From a virus, in IMG/VR virus record IMGVR_UViG_3300029203_000004: DNA of 64,000 bases; one strand, given 5' to 3'. This document shows positions 35,301-45,185 of the stretch, one piece after another. Both the position numbers and the translations under genes were made by a program. Within the stretch, counting starts at the first letter, position 1, and every line of letters starts with the position of its first letter. The notes beneath the pieces were generated by a model. The model was given only the letters and a program-made list of their open reading frames with translations. It was not told where the DNA came from and made no database searches.

Positions 35301-38242
35301 TCGCCAACCTGCAACGCCTGTGTTTTTACCGTTCCGCTTATGTTGGCATCTACAGCATAAATATTCTCCCATCTCTTCGATTCAAGACCAAGTGTGGATG
35401 CGTTGTTCACGCTAGGAACTACATTTGCCGTAGACAACTGACCAGTGAATATCTTGCTTGCAGTAACTGTCTGTTCCGTATCAAGCGTTACAAATTTATT
35501 GTCAGGAAGATGGGATATGTGAATTTTCTTTGTCGGATCATCCTTTCCCAACTCCTGCCACAATTTGTCCGTATTCATTCCGCCTTCCTTGGCTAGCTTC
35601 CATATCTCGTTGATGGTATATGCGTTGAATGTATTGCTAAGGTTGGAATCGTCAAACGTCTTACCTAAATCGGCAAATCCGTACACGGCCTTAATCAGTC
35701 CGCCTTCACCACCTCCCGGTTCTCCGCTACCACTCTGTGCGCCCAACGCTGATATCCATTGGTTTGTATAGAACGCTGACTTGCATCGTAACGCTTGGTT
35801 TACTTCATCCCATTCAAACCATCCGTTGAACTTCTGAAACGATGCAATAAGGTCATTAAGTAGCTGTTCAGAGAAAATATTTGTTCCGCTTCCCGTACCA
35901 CTTCCACCCAATGTTACATTTGTCGTATTCTGTGTTGAAGCAGTCTGATTCTCCTGTGCCAGCCGTTCATAGAAAGACAGTATCTTTCTTCTTGCAATGG
36001 TGCATGAATATGACGGGAACATATTCTCCTTGGAATATTTAATCTCCAAAGACTGTATCTGTAACTGCATATCCACTATCTGACCGTTATCAGAGAAATC
36101 GAACACGCCTATTCCATCATCCCTTACCTTTAGCATATTTCCTTCTATGAAGTCAATGAAAAGGTTAGGATGCTCTGCGACAAATCCGCTAGATATGTCA
36201 AGTGAAACGGTTCGGTTCTCATGGTCATATCTTGACAGGTAGTCAAGAGCCGCCTTTTCAAGCGTGTTCTCAGCCATTGTCACATAAGATTCGGGCATGA
36301 CGATATTCAGAATGACAAACTCCGTTCCTGCTGCAATTGAAGGAGATTTACCATCCGTATAAAGCGGAAGTTTGGCATTGTCGCTATCCGTTCTGTAGCA
36401 TGATATTTTATATCGTGCCCCCTTGTTGAACATGGCAACATCCTCTTCCGTTTCCCCCGTATCACCGTTCACCTCACCGTAAAGAGGAATAATACCGTTT
36501 TTGTTTATCTTAAATTCCGTGCCTGTATAAGTTCCTGTACGCATACTGAACACCGCGTCCGTCACAGAAGCGTATTTGTAATAGAATCTGTCCTGTGAAC
36601 CGTCCTGATTACCGAAATGTATATTGCAGGTCATTTCCTCACTAAAGCCTATCTTGCAACTCCCGGCAGGAACATCGGAATCAAACGTGAACTCAACACG
36701 GATAGTAACTGTCGTATTCTGACCTTTTTCTATATATCCTACAAGAGCGGTCTTGTCGTAAGGTATTTCAAGCATACCAGTAGCACCTTCCTCTCCGATA
36801 ACAACCTCTTTCAAAGGAGAAGCCTGACCCAATACACGGTTTAAAACCATACGTAGGTTAATCTTCACCTTTTTCCCTACAGCATCACTTCCTATTGGTA
36901 ATATACTGAAAAGCATCTTCCCGGAGAATGTGGCAGTAACCTTTACAGGCTGGTCATAATATGCCCTTGTACCATATATATCAAAACTCTCGAAATCCCT
37001 GTAATTGTCAAACAGAGCATGGGGCTTGTACTGGGGCTGCACGTTGTCATTTATCTTGTCGGATGAATCACCGTCCTCATATACCTTGTACCCTAGGTTG
37101 AATCCGGGAGAGGTCATATAAATGAAGAAACTGTCACTATCATCACTCTTTATAGGAGTAGACCCGATGATTTTATCTATCCGTGTAGATGCGCTAGCAC
37201 CCTCACCTGCCACCTTACCCGATTGAGGATCGGGTTCTCCATCCGCCTTGTATGTATCCCATTCGGGAAGTCCTGACGGGTACAAATCACCAAGTTTTTT
37301 CCCTCTGATGGAAGGATATATCCCACTGAATGTATTTGATATGGTTTTTCCTCTCACACCATAGTTCTTCAATCCGTATTCGCTGTCAATATAATATCTT
37401 ATATTCCCTGCGGAATCATTCGGAAGAAGGATGTACGGGCAATAACGTGATTCATCGGCAGGCTTAGCGTCCTTCTTGTATTCGGGCGGAACGTTTCTGC
37501 TTCCGCCTTGTGGTATGATTCGGGTTATAACAGGTGTACTTGTGTCTACGGAAGAGGAAACTTTTACAGCACCCCCACCGTCACCTTGCTTGAATGTCCA
37601 GTTTACGGACGGTCTTGTCTTGTCCGTAATGGTTATTATCCCACCGTTTGCTGTCGTTGAGAAGTAATAATTGAGATAAAACTTGTCATAGAAGTTCTTC
37701 AATGCTTCAAACAGGTTGGTGCCATCGGTTATGTCAATCATATCCTCTGTCAGTTCGCCTTCCGCATCCACATTCAATGTCCATGTACCAATGCCTGTAT
37801 ATCCCACGCCCAATGAAGCATTGTAAGATTCTATATTTGCTTCTATACGTGCGGCAAGCTGTTTTGCATCACCCCAAAACTGGAACAGACCGCCATGTGT
37901 GTATCTTATCTTGTTTATCTCACCGCCTGTTCCGCTTACTATGTCAAGAAACGCCACATTCTGCAAAAGCACCTCCTTACCGTAAAACAAAAGGGAGTAT
38001 TTGTATTTTCCTGCTTCATTAAGATTATCTCCCGATGGGGCTTGGTACAGGATGAATGTATTACCGTTATATACGACTGTATCGTATTCCGATTCGCTCT
38101 TTGAGTTGTATGCCTTGAACTCTATCGGAACAACGGAAACGACTTCACAAGTCAATTTTCTCACTTCCTGCAAAGACGGGCTGTATGAAAAATCAGCACT
38201 CTCCGCAATAACCCTATTTCCTCTTTTAATCTGTAAAATCAT
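32321..38242 (-). CDS. Giant tail-associated (Tal-like) fibre protein with a C-terminal S74 intramolecular chaperone domain
   Basis: 1973 aa. Three internal modules FY[TS]..W[IV]SALG...G-rich...VY.F..L...F.DS.L.NTFNAYTI. The C-terminus SSSDIRLKTDIQ...YGLIAQDL...RLIPV followed by a coiled coil matches the Peptidase_S74 / endosialidase-chaperone pattern. Confidence 0.8.
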   Translation of the reverse strand: MILQIKRGNRVIAESADFSYSPSLQEVRKLTCEVVSVVPIEFKAYNSKSESEYDTVVYNGNTFILYQAPSGDNLNEAGKYKYSLLFYGKEVLLQNVAFLDIVSGTGGEINKIRYTHGGLFQFWGDAKQLAARIEANIESYNASLGVGYTGIGTWTLNVDAEGELTEDMIDITDGTNLFEALKNFYDKFYLNYYFSTTANGGIITITDKTRPSVNWTFKQGDGGGAVKVSSSVDTSTPVITRIIPQGGSRNVPPEYKKDAKPADESRYCPYILLPNDSAGNIRYYIDSEYGLKNYGVRGKTISNTFSGIYPSIRGKKLGDLYPSGLPEWDTYKADGEPDPQSGKVAGEGASASTRIDKIIGSTPIKSDDSDSFFIYMTSPGFNLGYKVYEDGDSSDKINDNVQPQYKPHALFDNYRDFESFDIYGTRAYYDQPVKVTATFSGKMLFSILPIGSDAVGKKVKINLRMVLNRVLGQASPLKEVVIGEEGATGMLEIPYDKTALVGYIEKGQNTTVTIRVEFTFDSDVPAGSCKIGFSEEMTCNIHFGNQDGSQDRFYYKYASVTDAVFSMRTGTYTGTEFKINKNGIIPLYGEVNGDTGETEEDVAMFNKGARYKISCYRTDSDNAKLPLYTDGKSPSIAAGTEFVILNIVMPESYVTMAENTLEKAALDYLSRYDHENRTVSLDISSGFVAEHPNLFIDFIEGNMLKVRDDGIGVFDFSDNGQIVDMQLQIQSLEIKYSKENMFPSYSCTIARRKILSFYERLAQENQTASTQNTTNVTLGGSGTGSGTNIFSEQLLNDLIASFQKFNGWFEWDEVNQALRCKSAFYTNQWISALGAQSGSGEPGGGEGGLIKAVYGFADLGKTFDDSNLSNTFNAYTINEIWKLAKEGGMNTDKLWQELGKDDPTKKIHISHLPDNKFVTLDTEQTVTASKIFTGQLSTANVVPSVNNASTLGLESKRWENIYAVDANISGTVKTQALQVGDIKIIYDSVNKAVTFEHIDGSTEIGFYTRGWISALGVSPGGSGGSGGDGLVKNVYGFSNLGTTFSDSDLDNTFNAYTINEIWKMAKEGGGIKNITQSGSGNAVTNMALSSDGKTITAVFGETFARQQDLGTLNNTVTQLSNKLNNFLEGSDADNIINKWKELEAFLDGLTESDNLAELLALKADKTITISAGTGLTGGGNLSANRTLSLATTGVNAGTYTKVTVDTYGRVTVGDNPTTLAGYGITDAVTLTTAQTISGQKTFTKNILMNSGIGLSYGGNTVFRNTTGNTVISSYGNEGMIYFRPNGDTSDVGVIQINKQGHLNGVSAGFTGGVSAARLTANEYIQIGDAQLVYDSANKALRVKHRTDGNTVGFYSDGWVSALGVKTGGSGGGSGVVNTVYSFANLTDGTTFSDSDLDNTFNAYTIKKLYDMAGQGGLDADAMWAELKKADSSKVIDASHIPTSVLDGRWVKKAGDTMTGTLTSASTSGAIVFKGVENCDITNIYKDNGVIKNDDGGLTSIRNGLRFNWHDTYWYIGNLRGSSTDSAGFGVVDHNNKLVLRVTPNDVRAPRFMSTVATGLSPLIVSSNTTVDNLSADLLDGQHGAYYQNRKYDGFVSQYNNYDYIEFLRFVIPTGQEQLRAYVIFDLCRVETGGGMNGRAVLRIRRGRDNNAGYIFYVTNFGQSWLPELRCTTDDGITWRVWMKCVKDSYDPYIAIKIVEQYPYGYVTTQNNGTTGTPGGSKYTVVAVTAGLSHAANVLVNTRNIFGQPFNGSGDVGGQMTSTSIFVQTGDATLKVYSGRITDARSDGNICLQTSIDATDGQSHSYPTQYQSRCNLSLQPRGGQVYIGQNPDGGDTGYKLTVNGSIKSNGNIIATGAITAKASSSDIRLKTDIQGYDAMGIIRKFRSVKYHWNNLAKRNSEIFNHKKWNYGLIAQDLLSGGYSQWVSDIFKDYYTIDYERLIPVVWKGLQEVDDEVTRLKKRVRELENRLGINN

Positions 38243-38248
38243 TGGTCT

Positions 38249-38746
38249 TTAAAGCGTTGGTTGGTCAATACTGAAATTTAACGAAAATGTATAGGCGGAC
38301 ACAAGTTGGTCCGGGTTCTGCAAGTCCTGAACGTCCTGATAACTCATCTTTGCGCCTGTTTCAAAACCAGTGCATCTTATCACCTGCTTTGCCGATTCAC
38401 CCCATATATCATTCCATATAGAGAAAGAGGATGAACCGTATGGCGTACCGGGAGTGGCAGGTATCACATTGGTTATATATGAATAGAACGAACGGATATT
38501 CGTCTTTACCGTTTCCACATCTCCCAAAGCGGCAAATGTTATGCTTCCTTCCGTTGGCTGGTAAACAGGCGTGACAGGTTCGTACACCTTCTGACCGTTC
38601 TTGTCATACCATTTTTCGGCATAGGCTTCCTTTCTTGTCGGCAAATCCCATAATCCCTTGCTTTCAAGTATATACAGCCTGTATGTGGCATACAAATCCT
38701 TTGCCGTATCGCTTCCTTTCTTTATAAAATATTTAGATATAGCCAT
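38249..38746 (-). CDS. Putative distal tail protein (by position)
   Basis: 165-aa ORF between the tape measure and the Tal-like gene. Called on synteny only. Confidence 0.45.
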   Translation of the reverse strand: MAISKYFIKKGSDTAKDLYATYRLYILESKGLWDLPTRKEAYAEKWYDKNGQKVYEPVTPVYQPTEGSITFAALGDVETVKTNIRSFYSYITNVIPATPGTPYGSSSFSIWNDIWGESAKQVIRCTGFETGAKMSYQDVQDLQNPDQLVSAYTFSLNFSIDQPTL

Positions 38747-38821
38747 TCGTGTACATTGTTTATTAGTGCAAAAATAACAAAAATAGTCTTAGAAACCATC
38801 TAGTTTTAAAAAATAATTTTC

Positions 38822-38829
38822 TATATTTG
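38822..38829 (+). promoter_or_regulatory. -7 promoter box (TAtaTTTG) for tRNA-Cys
   Basis: Exact TAnnTTTG match ending 10 nt before the first tRNA nucleotide. A minus-strand box (TAttTTTG, 38769-38776) faces the distal-tail gene. Confidence 0.4.
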
Positions 38830-38839
38830 CATCACAATC

Positions 38840-38911
38840 GGTGCTTTGGATGAGTGGTTTAGTCAACGGTCTGCAAAACCGACAACAGCGGTTCGATTCC
38901 GCTAAGCACCT
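38840..38911 (+). tRNA. tRNA-Cys: tRNA-Cys (GCA)
   Basis: Acceptor GGTGCTT/AAGCACC; T-arm AGCGG-TTCGATT-CCGCT; anticodon loop CT-GCA-AA on a 4-bp stem; GG in the D-loop; discriminator U73 (the Cys identity element). No encoded CCA. Confidence 0.8.
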
Positions 38912-38948
38912 CAAGTGATTGGATTTTTTTTTGTTCATAATCAAACTG

Positions 38949-38982
38949 GAACGCCCTGCCAACTGTGAAGCTAGCAGGGCGT
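38949..38982. terminator. Terminator hairpin after tRNA-Cys / after the tape-measure gene
   Basis: AACGCCCTGC-(14 nt)-GCAGGGCGTT 10-bp stem followed by tgtttta, 6 nt from the tape-measure stop. Confidence 0.5.
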
Positions 38983-38987
38983 TTGTT

Positions 38988-41900
38988 TTAGTCAATTATA
39001 ACTTTTATCGCATTTCCGCCTGACCTTGGGGCAATGGAAACGACACTCAGAAGTGCTGTCTTTATCGCCATAGTTGCGGCAAGCTGCTGGGTGAGAACCT
39101 CCAACTGTGACTGCTGTATGGCTGTCATGTTCGTTCCTCCCGTTCCTGCCGAACCACCATTTAACGATACCAACTGACGGAGAAGATCGCTTTGTACAAC
39201 CATTTCGTATCTCATCCCGTTAAGATACCCCAACGCTTGATTAAATGTATTCTCGTCAACTCCTGCAATGGCATTGGACAGACCTTCCGCATTTTCCTCC
39301 GTTTCAGTAAGCATACCACCAAGGGCGTTGTTTATCTCATTGACTACACCTCCGGCTTCCGCAAAGGCTGATTCCAATGAACCCATTACATTTCCTAGTA
39401 TTATAAGTTCATCCTTATCTATCTTGTTATCCGCAAACATACCACCTTTGCCGTCTGCTCCGAACAATGTGGTCTGTACCTGTTGCATTGCCTTTTCTAT
39501 GTACTGTTGCTGTACCCAACTCTTAACAACATCTCTCATAACGTCTGCCACAGTGTCCTTATAAGCCTTTGCAGCATCCTCGCCTTTCAGCCATGCTTCA
39601 ACAAGAGCATCACCTATCTGGCTAGCCCAGTCTTTCAAGTCAATGCTGTACAATTCACTTGCAAGAGTTTCTGTATAATATCTTATCTCATACTCTAATT
39701 CTTTTATGGTCTGTTTGTATCCTTCTACCTTTTCCCTGTCGGACTTTTTCTTATCTTCTTCGGCAGCAAGAATATCCTTTTGAATCTGCAACTGTTCTTT
39801 TAAGTTGGAAACCTGTTGGGATGTCACCTCATCAAGTCTTGCCGGGTCTATAATGTGCTCAAATTCCTTTTCAAGCATATTATATATATTGGTCAACTTC
39901 TTTGATTCAAATTCAAGATCTTCTATATGCTTTTGGAGCCTTTTGTCATGCTGTCTGTTAAATGTAGCGATAACATCAAGAGGCATGGATATTGCCGAGC
40001 CTATCGCACCTGCAAAATCACCGCTTTTGAATGAATCCCATGATTTCTTCACGCCTTCATTCATAACTCCCATAGCTTCCGAGAACTGGTTCATTTCTCG
40101 CATAAATCCGCTCTCGGTATCCTTACCCATAGAATCCATGAGGTTGGACACGGATGCTATTATCTGCTGCATGGCTTTTATGGCATTGTATATGTTGGTT
40201 ATGATAAAGTCGATAAGATTTACCGTCTGCAAAGCGTTCTGTGCGGCAGCCATCATTCCTTTACCAGTCTTGACAGCTTCCTGTCCGCTCTTATATCTTG
40301 ATTCGGCTTCCGACTTGGCACTCAAAGCGGCATTGGCGGCTTCTTCATCACCATTCTTCATTGCGTCCTCATATGCCTTGGAAGCATTTTTGATGTCAGC
40401 CATAGCCTGTTGCATATCATTCATACCTGCCATCATCTTTGACTTTTCAGCATCATATCTCTTGTTGTACAGACCTTCAATACCATCTTTCATGTATGTT
40501 TGCAAGTCAGACTGATTGTTCTTCATCATCTTCTCTATCTGCTTGTCCACACGTTCAAGTTCCTTCATGTATTCCTTTGCACTGATAGCACCAGATCTGA
40601 ATGCACTATTAAGCATTTCCCTTGTCTTGTCAGCTACAGTATTTGCAGCTTCCATAGACATTGCTTCCACCGCACCGAAGAAGTTTTGATAGTCGGTAGT
40701 CAACTTAAACAAGTCCATCTCTTCGCTTTTCTGCAATGCGGAAATCAAGGATGTATTACCCATTCCTTCTGCGGTTGCGATCTTTTTACGGTACTTTTCT
40801 CTGATAATATCCACCTGGGTATAACAATCTCCATATTCAGCCAAATCATTAGCATATTGTCTAGCCATCTCACCGAAATAGCCTTTCCATGCGTCAATCA
40901 TACCTTGGATAACTTGTTTCTGTTCATCACCTATATTCTTATTCCCCTTAATAGCCTCCTGTACCTGATTGATATACTGGTTCATTGAGGTGAATGAAGA
41001 TGTGTCGGGCACGACAGAAACGCCAAGGTCAAGATTCATTCCTGCCAATGCGGATTGCAAATTGTTATATATACCTGCTGCAAAACTTTCAGCCATGGTA
41101 GATGTGTCACCGCTGAATTGAACGGCAAGGTCTAAGGCAAGGTCTGAATCACCCGTTATCCCAAGTATGTCACTGTAAAAGTCATACTTGTTCTTGTATC
41201 TGTCAAACTCATCCGTAATCCTCTTCATCACCTTCTTGGCTGCATCAACATAAATTTCAGAGGACAATTCGGCTGCTTTCCTTGCATTTTTAACAGCATC
41301 CTGTGGAACACGTGTTTCCAATTCCTTTGCAGCCTTGTTGTAATTGTCAACAATAGCCTGTTTGTCATATACAATATCCACGCCAAGTTTTAACGCCTGT
41401 GAACCGTAGATGGCTTCAATCTGCTTTTTGGCTTCTTCCTTGCCTATGTTAATGCTCAAATCCTTGAACTTGGAATAGGCGGATTCAAGCAATGACAACC
41501 TGTTTTTCCAAAGGTCAGCAAGAGGGTCTCTTTTTTGTGCTTCCTTCTTCTGCTTTTCCAGTTCAAGGTTGAATTGTTTTGCCGTTCCCGTAGCCTTTGA
41601 CATCGCTTCGTTGGCAGCGTTAAACTCGCTTATTATTTGCCTTAATGTTTCAAGTTCTTCGGGATCTACCAATCCTGTCAGTTCGTATTTATCACCTACT
41701 TTTTTCAGTTTACCTTCTTTGGAAAATTTGTCAATAGTTTTCTGATAGTTTTCTATTGTACTCTTTGAATCTTTATATTCCTTTTTTACGGCATTGAAAA
41801 AATCCTCTACAGTCTTTACATCTGACGTTTTGATTGTTATGGTCCACGCTTTCCCTGTAATCTCGTCAAGTGATTTTTTCCATCCTGTCAAACCTGCTTG

Positions 41901-44900
41901 CGCTTCCCTATCATCAAGTTCAAATTGAATATGCCATCTTTCTTTTGCTAGTTCGTTCAATTTCTTTCTGGCATTTTCCCCTAATTCATTAGCTACTGCA
42001 AACTCATCGAGATGTATCTTTAATTGTTTCTGTTGCTCATCAGTAAGGTTTTTTACATCTATATTGCCAAATACATCTTTAAGTTTTTTCTCAGTATATT
42101 TTGCAAATGAATTAAAGGATGATTCAAGTTTTTTTACTTCATCTGTGATGCCCATCCTTAACTTCTCATATTCCTTCAACAATTCCTCACTGTCAAAATG
42201 GGCTTTGTTCTTGAATATTTCAAATGTCCGTGCATCTCCTGACGTTTCAGCCAAAGAACGTATCTTCTCTACAATAGTAGCTGCCGAAGCCCCTTTGTTT
42301 ATCAGTTCGGTAAGTTCGTTTCTCCATTCCTTAGTACCCTTACCCATGTTTATAATTTCCTTGGATGCCTGTACTATCTGGCCACGAAACTCTTCTATAT
42401 CCTTACTTGCCGAAGTGAGTTTTACAGACGATTTCTCATAATCTTTAAGCATATCAGAGAATGAATCACCAAATACGCCCGTAGATGTTGCCTTGTCCGC
42501 CTTGAACATTATATCCGCATTTTCAGCAGCACGTTTATAAACCTGCTCTAGTTCCGATGCTGACTTTTGCAGATATTCCACACGAGATCTCTGATCATCT
42601 ATTTTCTTACTGTTTTGTACTATATATTGCCCCATATTGCCATATTTAGACAATATTCCAGTCAGTGTTTCTTCATACGTCTGCAACTGTTTCGTGTCAA
42701 GCTGTTCAAGGTTTTCCGGGGTGAGTTTATCGAAGTTTATCTTGTCAAGGTCTTTTTGCAAATCACTGTATGATTCACGGAAAGACTTTGCACTATCCTT
42801 TATCTTCTGATTGAACTCTTCCGAACGTGCAGACATAATATGAAACGCTTCCGCTACAAGTCCTGCAACAGTAAGTATCGTCATGAGCGGATTAGCCTTT
42901 ATCGTAAGCCACAATGTTTTCAATGAATTTGTCAAACCGAATGTTGCCAGTTTGAATCTGTTCATCAACATTGTCGTTTTTGTCATAGACAACATTCTTG
43001 CAGCTTCCGCACCTGTCAGTTTAAGTTCGGTGACAAGAAGATGCCGTTCAGCCTGTGTCAGCATATTCGTGGCAAGAATACGTTTTGCCATCTCTGCTGA
43101 CATCTTTCCCGAATTAACGGCAGCAACTATCTCTACGGCAGACAGTTTTGACGCTGTCGCTATCTTCCACCTCTCGGCAGTAGTGAGCGTTCTGTACATT
43201 GCAGCCTGTTTAAGCAACTGGGCTTCCCGTAATTTCTCAGCCTTAATAGCATTAGTTGTTGCGACAACTTCTTTTCCTAGCATGGCTGTTCTAGCCAACT
43301 GCAATCCTTTCAATGCGGCATATCCTACAGCAACACCCTCTATTGCTTTGGAGAAATATCTCCAGTTGTTCATCGCATCGGTTATGCTTCCAACAATTCC
43401 TTTCAGAACGGAATCATTCGCCTCGCCTATGTCATTCATCATAATCTTGTATGAATCGGCAAGGTTACTTACCATACCTTTCAAAGATGCAGCTTGTATT
43501 TCCTGCATTTTGTAGAACATACCACCATCTTCCGTCATTGTGGTAAACATCTCCCGAATATACTCAAAAGGAATCTGACGTGTTGATATGGCGTTGAACA
43601 CATCATCAGTAGTTTGAGCCACGCCTCTTACTTCTTCCAGTTTTTTTCTTAATGCGTCCAATGCAGGAATACCAGCTTCTGTCAACTGACGTAATTCCTG
43701 TCCCCTTAACACACCTGCGCTTCTTATCTGTCCATAAGCTAGAATAATACGCCCCATATCAACACCAAGACCTGCGGAAACGTCCGCAAGGCTTTTCATT
43801 GTACCGTACAATTCATTGACAGGTATCTGGAATGCTGCAAGCTGTTTGGTATATCCAACCAAATCGCTGAACTGGAAAGGAGATATTACAGCAAGACCCT
43901 TAATCTGACTGAATATCTGGTCTGCCCGTCTTGCATCCTGTATGATGGCACGCAATGACACCTGTTGTAACTCGAACTCTCCACGAATGGCAACAAGTTC
44001 CTGAAACATATCTCTGAAAAAGTAGAATCCTGCATAAGTCTTTATCGTATTGACAAACTCACGCATCATTCTGCTCTGCTTTGTCAGTTCCTCGGTAAAT
44101 TCCTTTGAACTTGTGGCATTTTTCTGATTGGTCTGCTGCATCTTTGTTCCATAGGATGTAGCTTCGTTTACAAACTTGTTGTGTTCCTGTATCTTCCTGT
44201 TGAGAAGAGTAAGGGTACGGTTATAGTTTGCATCAGTCGTATTAAGCGCATTACGTCTGTTTGTCAATTCAGAAATAAGATTGTTAGCCTGATTGATAGA
44301 CGTAGGATTGATATTAAGCAATTCATTCGTTGATGTTTTTCTTAAAGATGATTGCAACTTCTCCAATCTGCCTTGCAATTTCTGAATAAGAGTGTCAATC
44401 TTTGTTATTTGATTGCTGTTAAAAGGAATATTAACCTTAAAATTATTCAATACTTCAAGGCGTTTCTGTATAGCGGCAATCTTCTTGTTCAAATCCTCAG
44501 CACTTCCCTCAGGCATACCAAGGGCAAGTCCAGACTGACCAGAAAGGTATTGTATATAATTCTGATTGGCCTGCTGCATCTTTTTCTGCTTTGATGCTTG
44601 TTTATCCATCTCCTTTGTCCGTGCAATCTCCATCTCGTATTGCTGGCGTAGAAGATTAAGTTCCCTTTCATCGGAAATGGACAATTTAGGCACACTGTTA
44701 GCAGTAAGGGAATATGCGGTTTTCAATCTGTTCAATTCAGCCACAAGATCATCTATCACTTTCTTCTGGCTTTCAAGATTGGCTTTTCTTGTATCCATCC
44801 CCTTATCTCCGCCTGCATTGCCTATGTTACGGTAAGTCTTTTCCAGCTTGTCATACTCTCTTGTCGCTTCGACAATCTTGTTTGACAATTCTTCCATCTG

Positions 44901-45155
44901 AACAAGTATATCCATTTTCTTGTTCGACTTCCCTTTCCCTACCTTGGACGCGTTTTCATTAGCTTTGTTTATCTTATCTACAACCTCGCTAAGTTCGTCA
45001 TTCATTTTGCCTATATCGGTCAACATAGGCTTGAAGGACATCTCCTGGTTAAAAGTGTCCTGCAACTTCTTCTGTATATCCTTTATCTGTTTGTCAAGAC
45101 CGGAATCATCTAGACCGATCTTAAACTTTAATGCTCCTAAATCAACATCAGCCAT
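38988..45155 (-). CDS. Tail tape-measure protein
   Basis: 2055 aa, overwhelmingly helical/coiled-coil. Contains the TP901-type TMP core (...ISPFQFSDLVGYTKQLAAFQIP...GQIRSAGVLRGQELRQLTEAGIP...). Confidence 0.9.
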   Translation of the reverse strand: MADVDLGALKFKIGLDDSGLDKQIKDIQKKLQDTFNQEMSFKPMLTDIGKMNDELSEVVDKINKANENASKVGKGKSNKKMDILVQMEELSNKIVEATREYDKLEKTYRNIGNAGGDKGMDTRKANLESQKKVIDDLVAELNRLKTAYSLTANSVPKLSISDERELNLLRQQYEMEIARTKEMDKQASKQKKMQQANQNYIQYLSGQSGLALGMPEGSAEDLNKKIAAIQKRLEVLNNFKVNIPFNSNQITKIDTLIQKLQGRLEKLQSSLRKTSTNELLNINPTSINQANNLISELTNRRNALNTTDANYNRTLTLLNRKIQEHNKFVNEATSYGTKMQQTNQKNATSSKEFTEELTKQSRMMREFVNTIKTYAGFYFFRDMFQELVAIRGEFELQQVSLRAIIQDARRADQIFSQIKGLAVISPFQFSDLVGYTKQLAAFQIPVNELYGTMKSLADVSAGLGVDMGRIILAYGQIRSAGVLRGQELRQLTEAGIPALDALRKKLEEVRGVAQTTDDVFNAISTRQIPFEYIREMFTTMTEDGGMFYKMQEIQAASLKGMVSNLADSYKIMMNDIGEANDSVLKGIVGSITDAMNNWRYFSKAIEGVAVGYAALKGLQLARTAMLGKEVVATTNAIKAEKLREAQLLKQAAMYRTLTTAERWKIATASKLSAVEIVAAVNSGKMSAEMAKRILATNMLTQAERHLLVTELKLTGAEAARMLSMTKTTMLMNRFKLATFGLTNSLKTLWLTIKANPLMTILTVAGLVAEAFHIMSARSEEFNQKIKDSAKSFRESYSDLQKDLDKINFDKLTPENLEQLDTKQLQTYEETLTGILSKYGNMGQYIVQNSKKIDDQRSRVEYLQKSASELEQVYKRAAENADIMFKADKATSTGVFGDSFSDMLKDYEKSSVKLTSASKDIEEFRGQIVQASKEIINMGKGTKEWRNELTELINKGASAATIVEKIRSLAETSGDARTFEIFKNKAHFDSEELLKEYEKLRMGITDEVKKLESSFNSFAKYTEKKLKDVFGNIDVKNLTDEQQKQLKIHLDEFAVANELGENARKKLNELAKERWHIQFELDDREAQAGLTGWKKSLDEITGKAWTITIKTSDVKTVEDFFNAVKKEYKDSKSTIENYQKTIDKFSKEGKLKKVGDKYELTGLVDPEELETLRQIISEFNAANEAMSKATGTAKQFNLELEKQKKEAQKRDPLADLWKNRLSLLESAYSKFKDLSINIGKEEAKKQIEAIYGSQALKLGVDIVYDKQAIVDNYNKAAKELETRVPQDAVKNARKAAELSSEIYVDAAKKVMKRITDEFDRYKNKYDFYSDILGITGDSDLALDLAVQFSGDTSTMAESFAAGIYNNLQSALAGMNLDLGVSVVPDTSSFTSMNQYINQVQEAIKGNKNIGDEQKQVIQGMIDAWKGYFGEMARQYANDLAEYGDCYTQVDIIREKYRKKIATAEGMGNTSLISALQKSEEMDLFKLTTDYQNFFGAVEAMSMEAANTVADKTREMLNSAFRSGAISAKEYMKELERVDKQIEKMMKNNQSDLQTYMKDGIEGLYNKRYDAEKSKMMAGMNDMQQAMADIKNASKAYEDAMKNGDEEAANAALSAKSEAESRYKSGQEAVKTGKGMMAAAQNALQTVNLIDFIITNIYNAIKAMQQIIASVSNLMDSMGKDTESGFMREMNQFSEAMGVMNEGVKKSWDSFKSGDFAGAIGSAISMPLDVIATFNRQHDKRLQKHIEDLEFESKKLTNIYNMLEKEFEHIIDPARLDEVTSQQVSNLKEQLQIQKDILAAEEDKKKSDREKVEGYKQTIKELEYEIRYYTETLASELYSIDLKDWASQIGDALVEAWLKGEDAAKAYKDTVADVMRDVVKSWVQQQYIEKAMQQVQTTLFGADGKGGMFADNKIDKDELIILGNVMGSLESAFAEAGGVVNEINNALGGMLTETEENAEGLSNAIAGVDENTFNQALGYLNGMRYEMVVQSDLLRQLVSLNGGSAGTGGTNMTAIQQSQLEVLTQQLAATMAIKTALLSVVSIAPRSGGNAIKVIID

Positions 45156-45177
45156 AGTTATTGTTTTTTAATTATTG

Positions 45178-45185
45178 CAAAAATA
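45178..45185 (-). promoter_or_regulatory. -7 promoter box (TAttTTTG) directly upstream of the tape-measure gene
   Basis: Reverse complement of CAAAAATA, 23 nt upstream of the ATG at 45155. Confidence 0.35.

Noticed and set aside
32321-45155. Numerous 60-240-aa ORFs on the + strand inside the fibre and tape-measure genes (e.g. 34626..35225, 39805..40515, 42883..43515)
   Set aside because: They are antisense to very long, motif-supported genes, low-complexity (Ser/Pro/Leu/Phe-rich), and mirror the sense-strand repeats. Treated as spurious.
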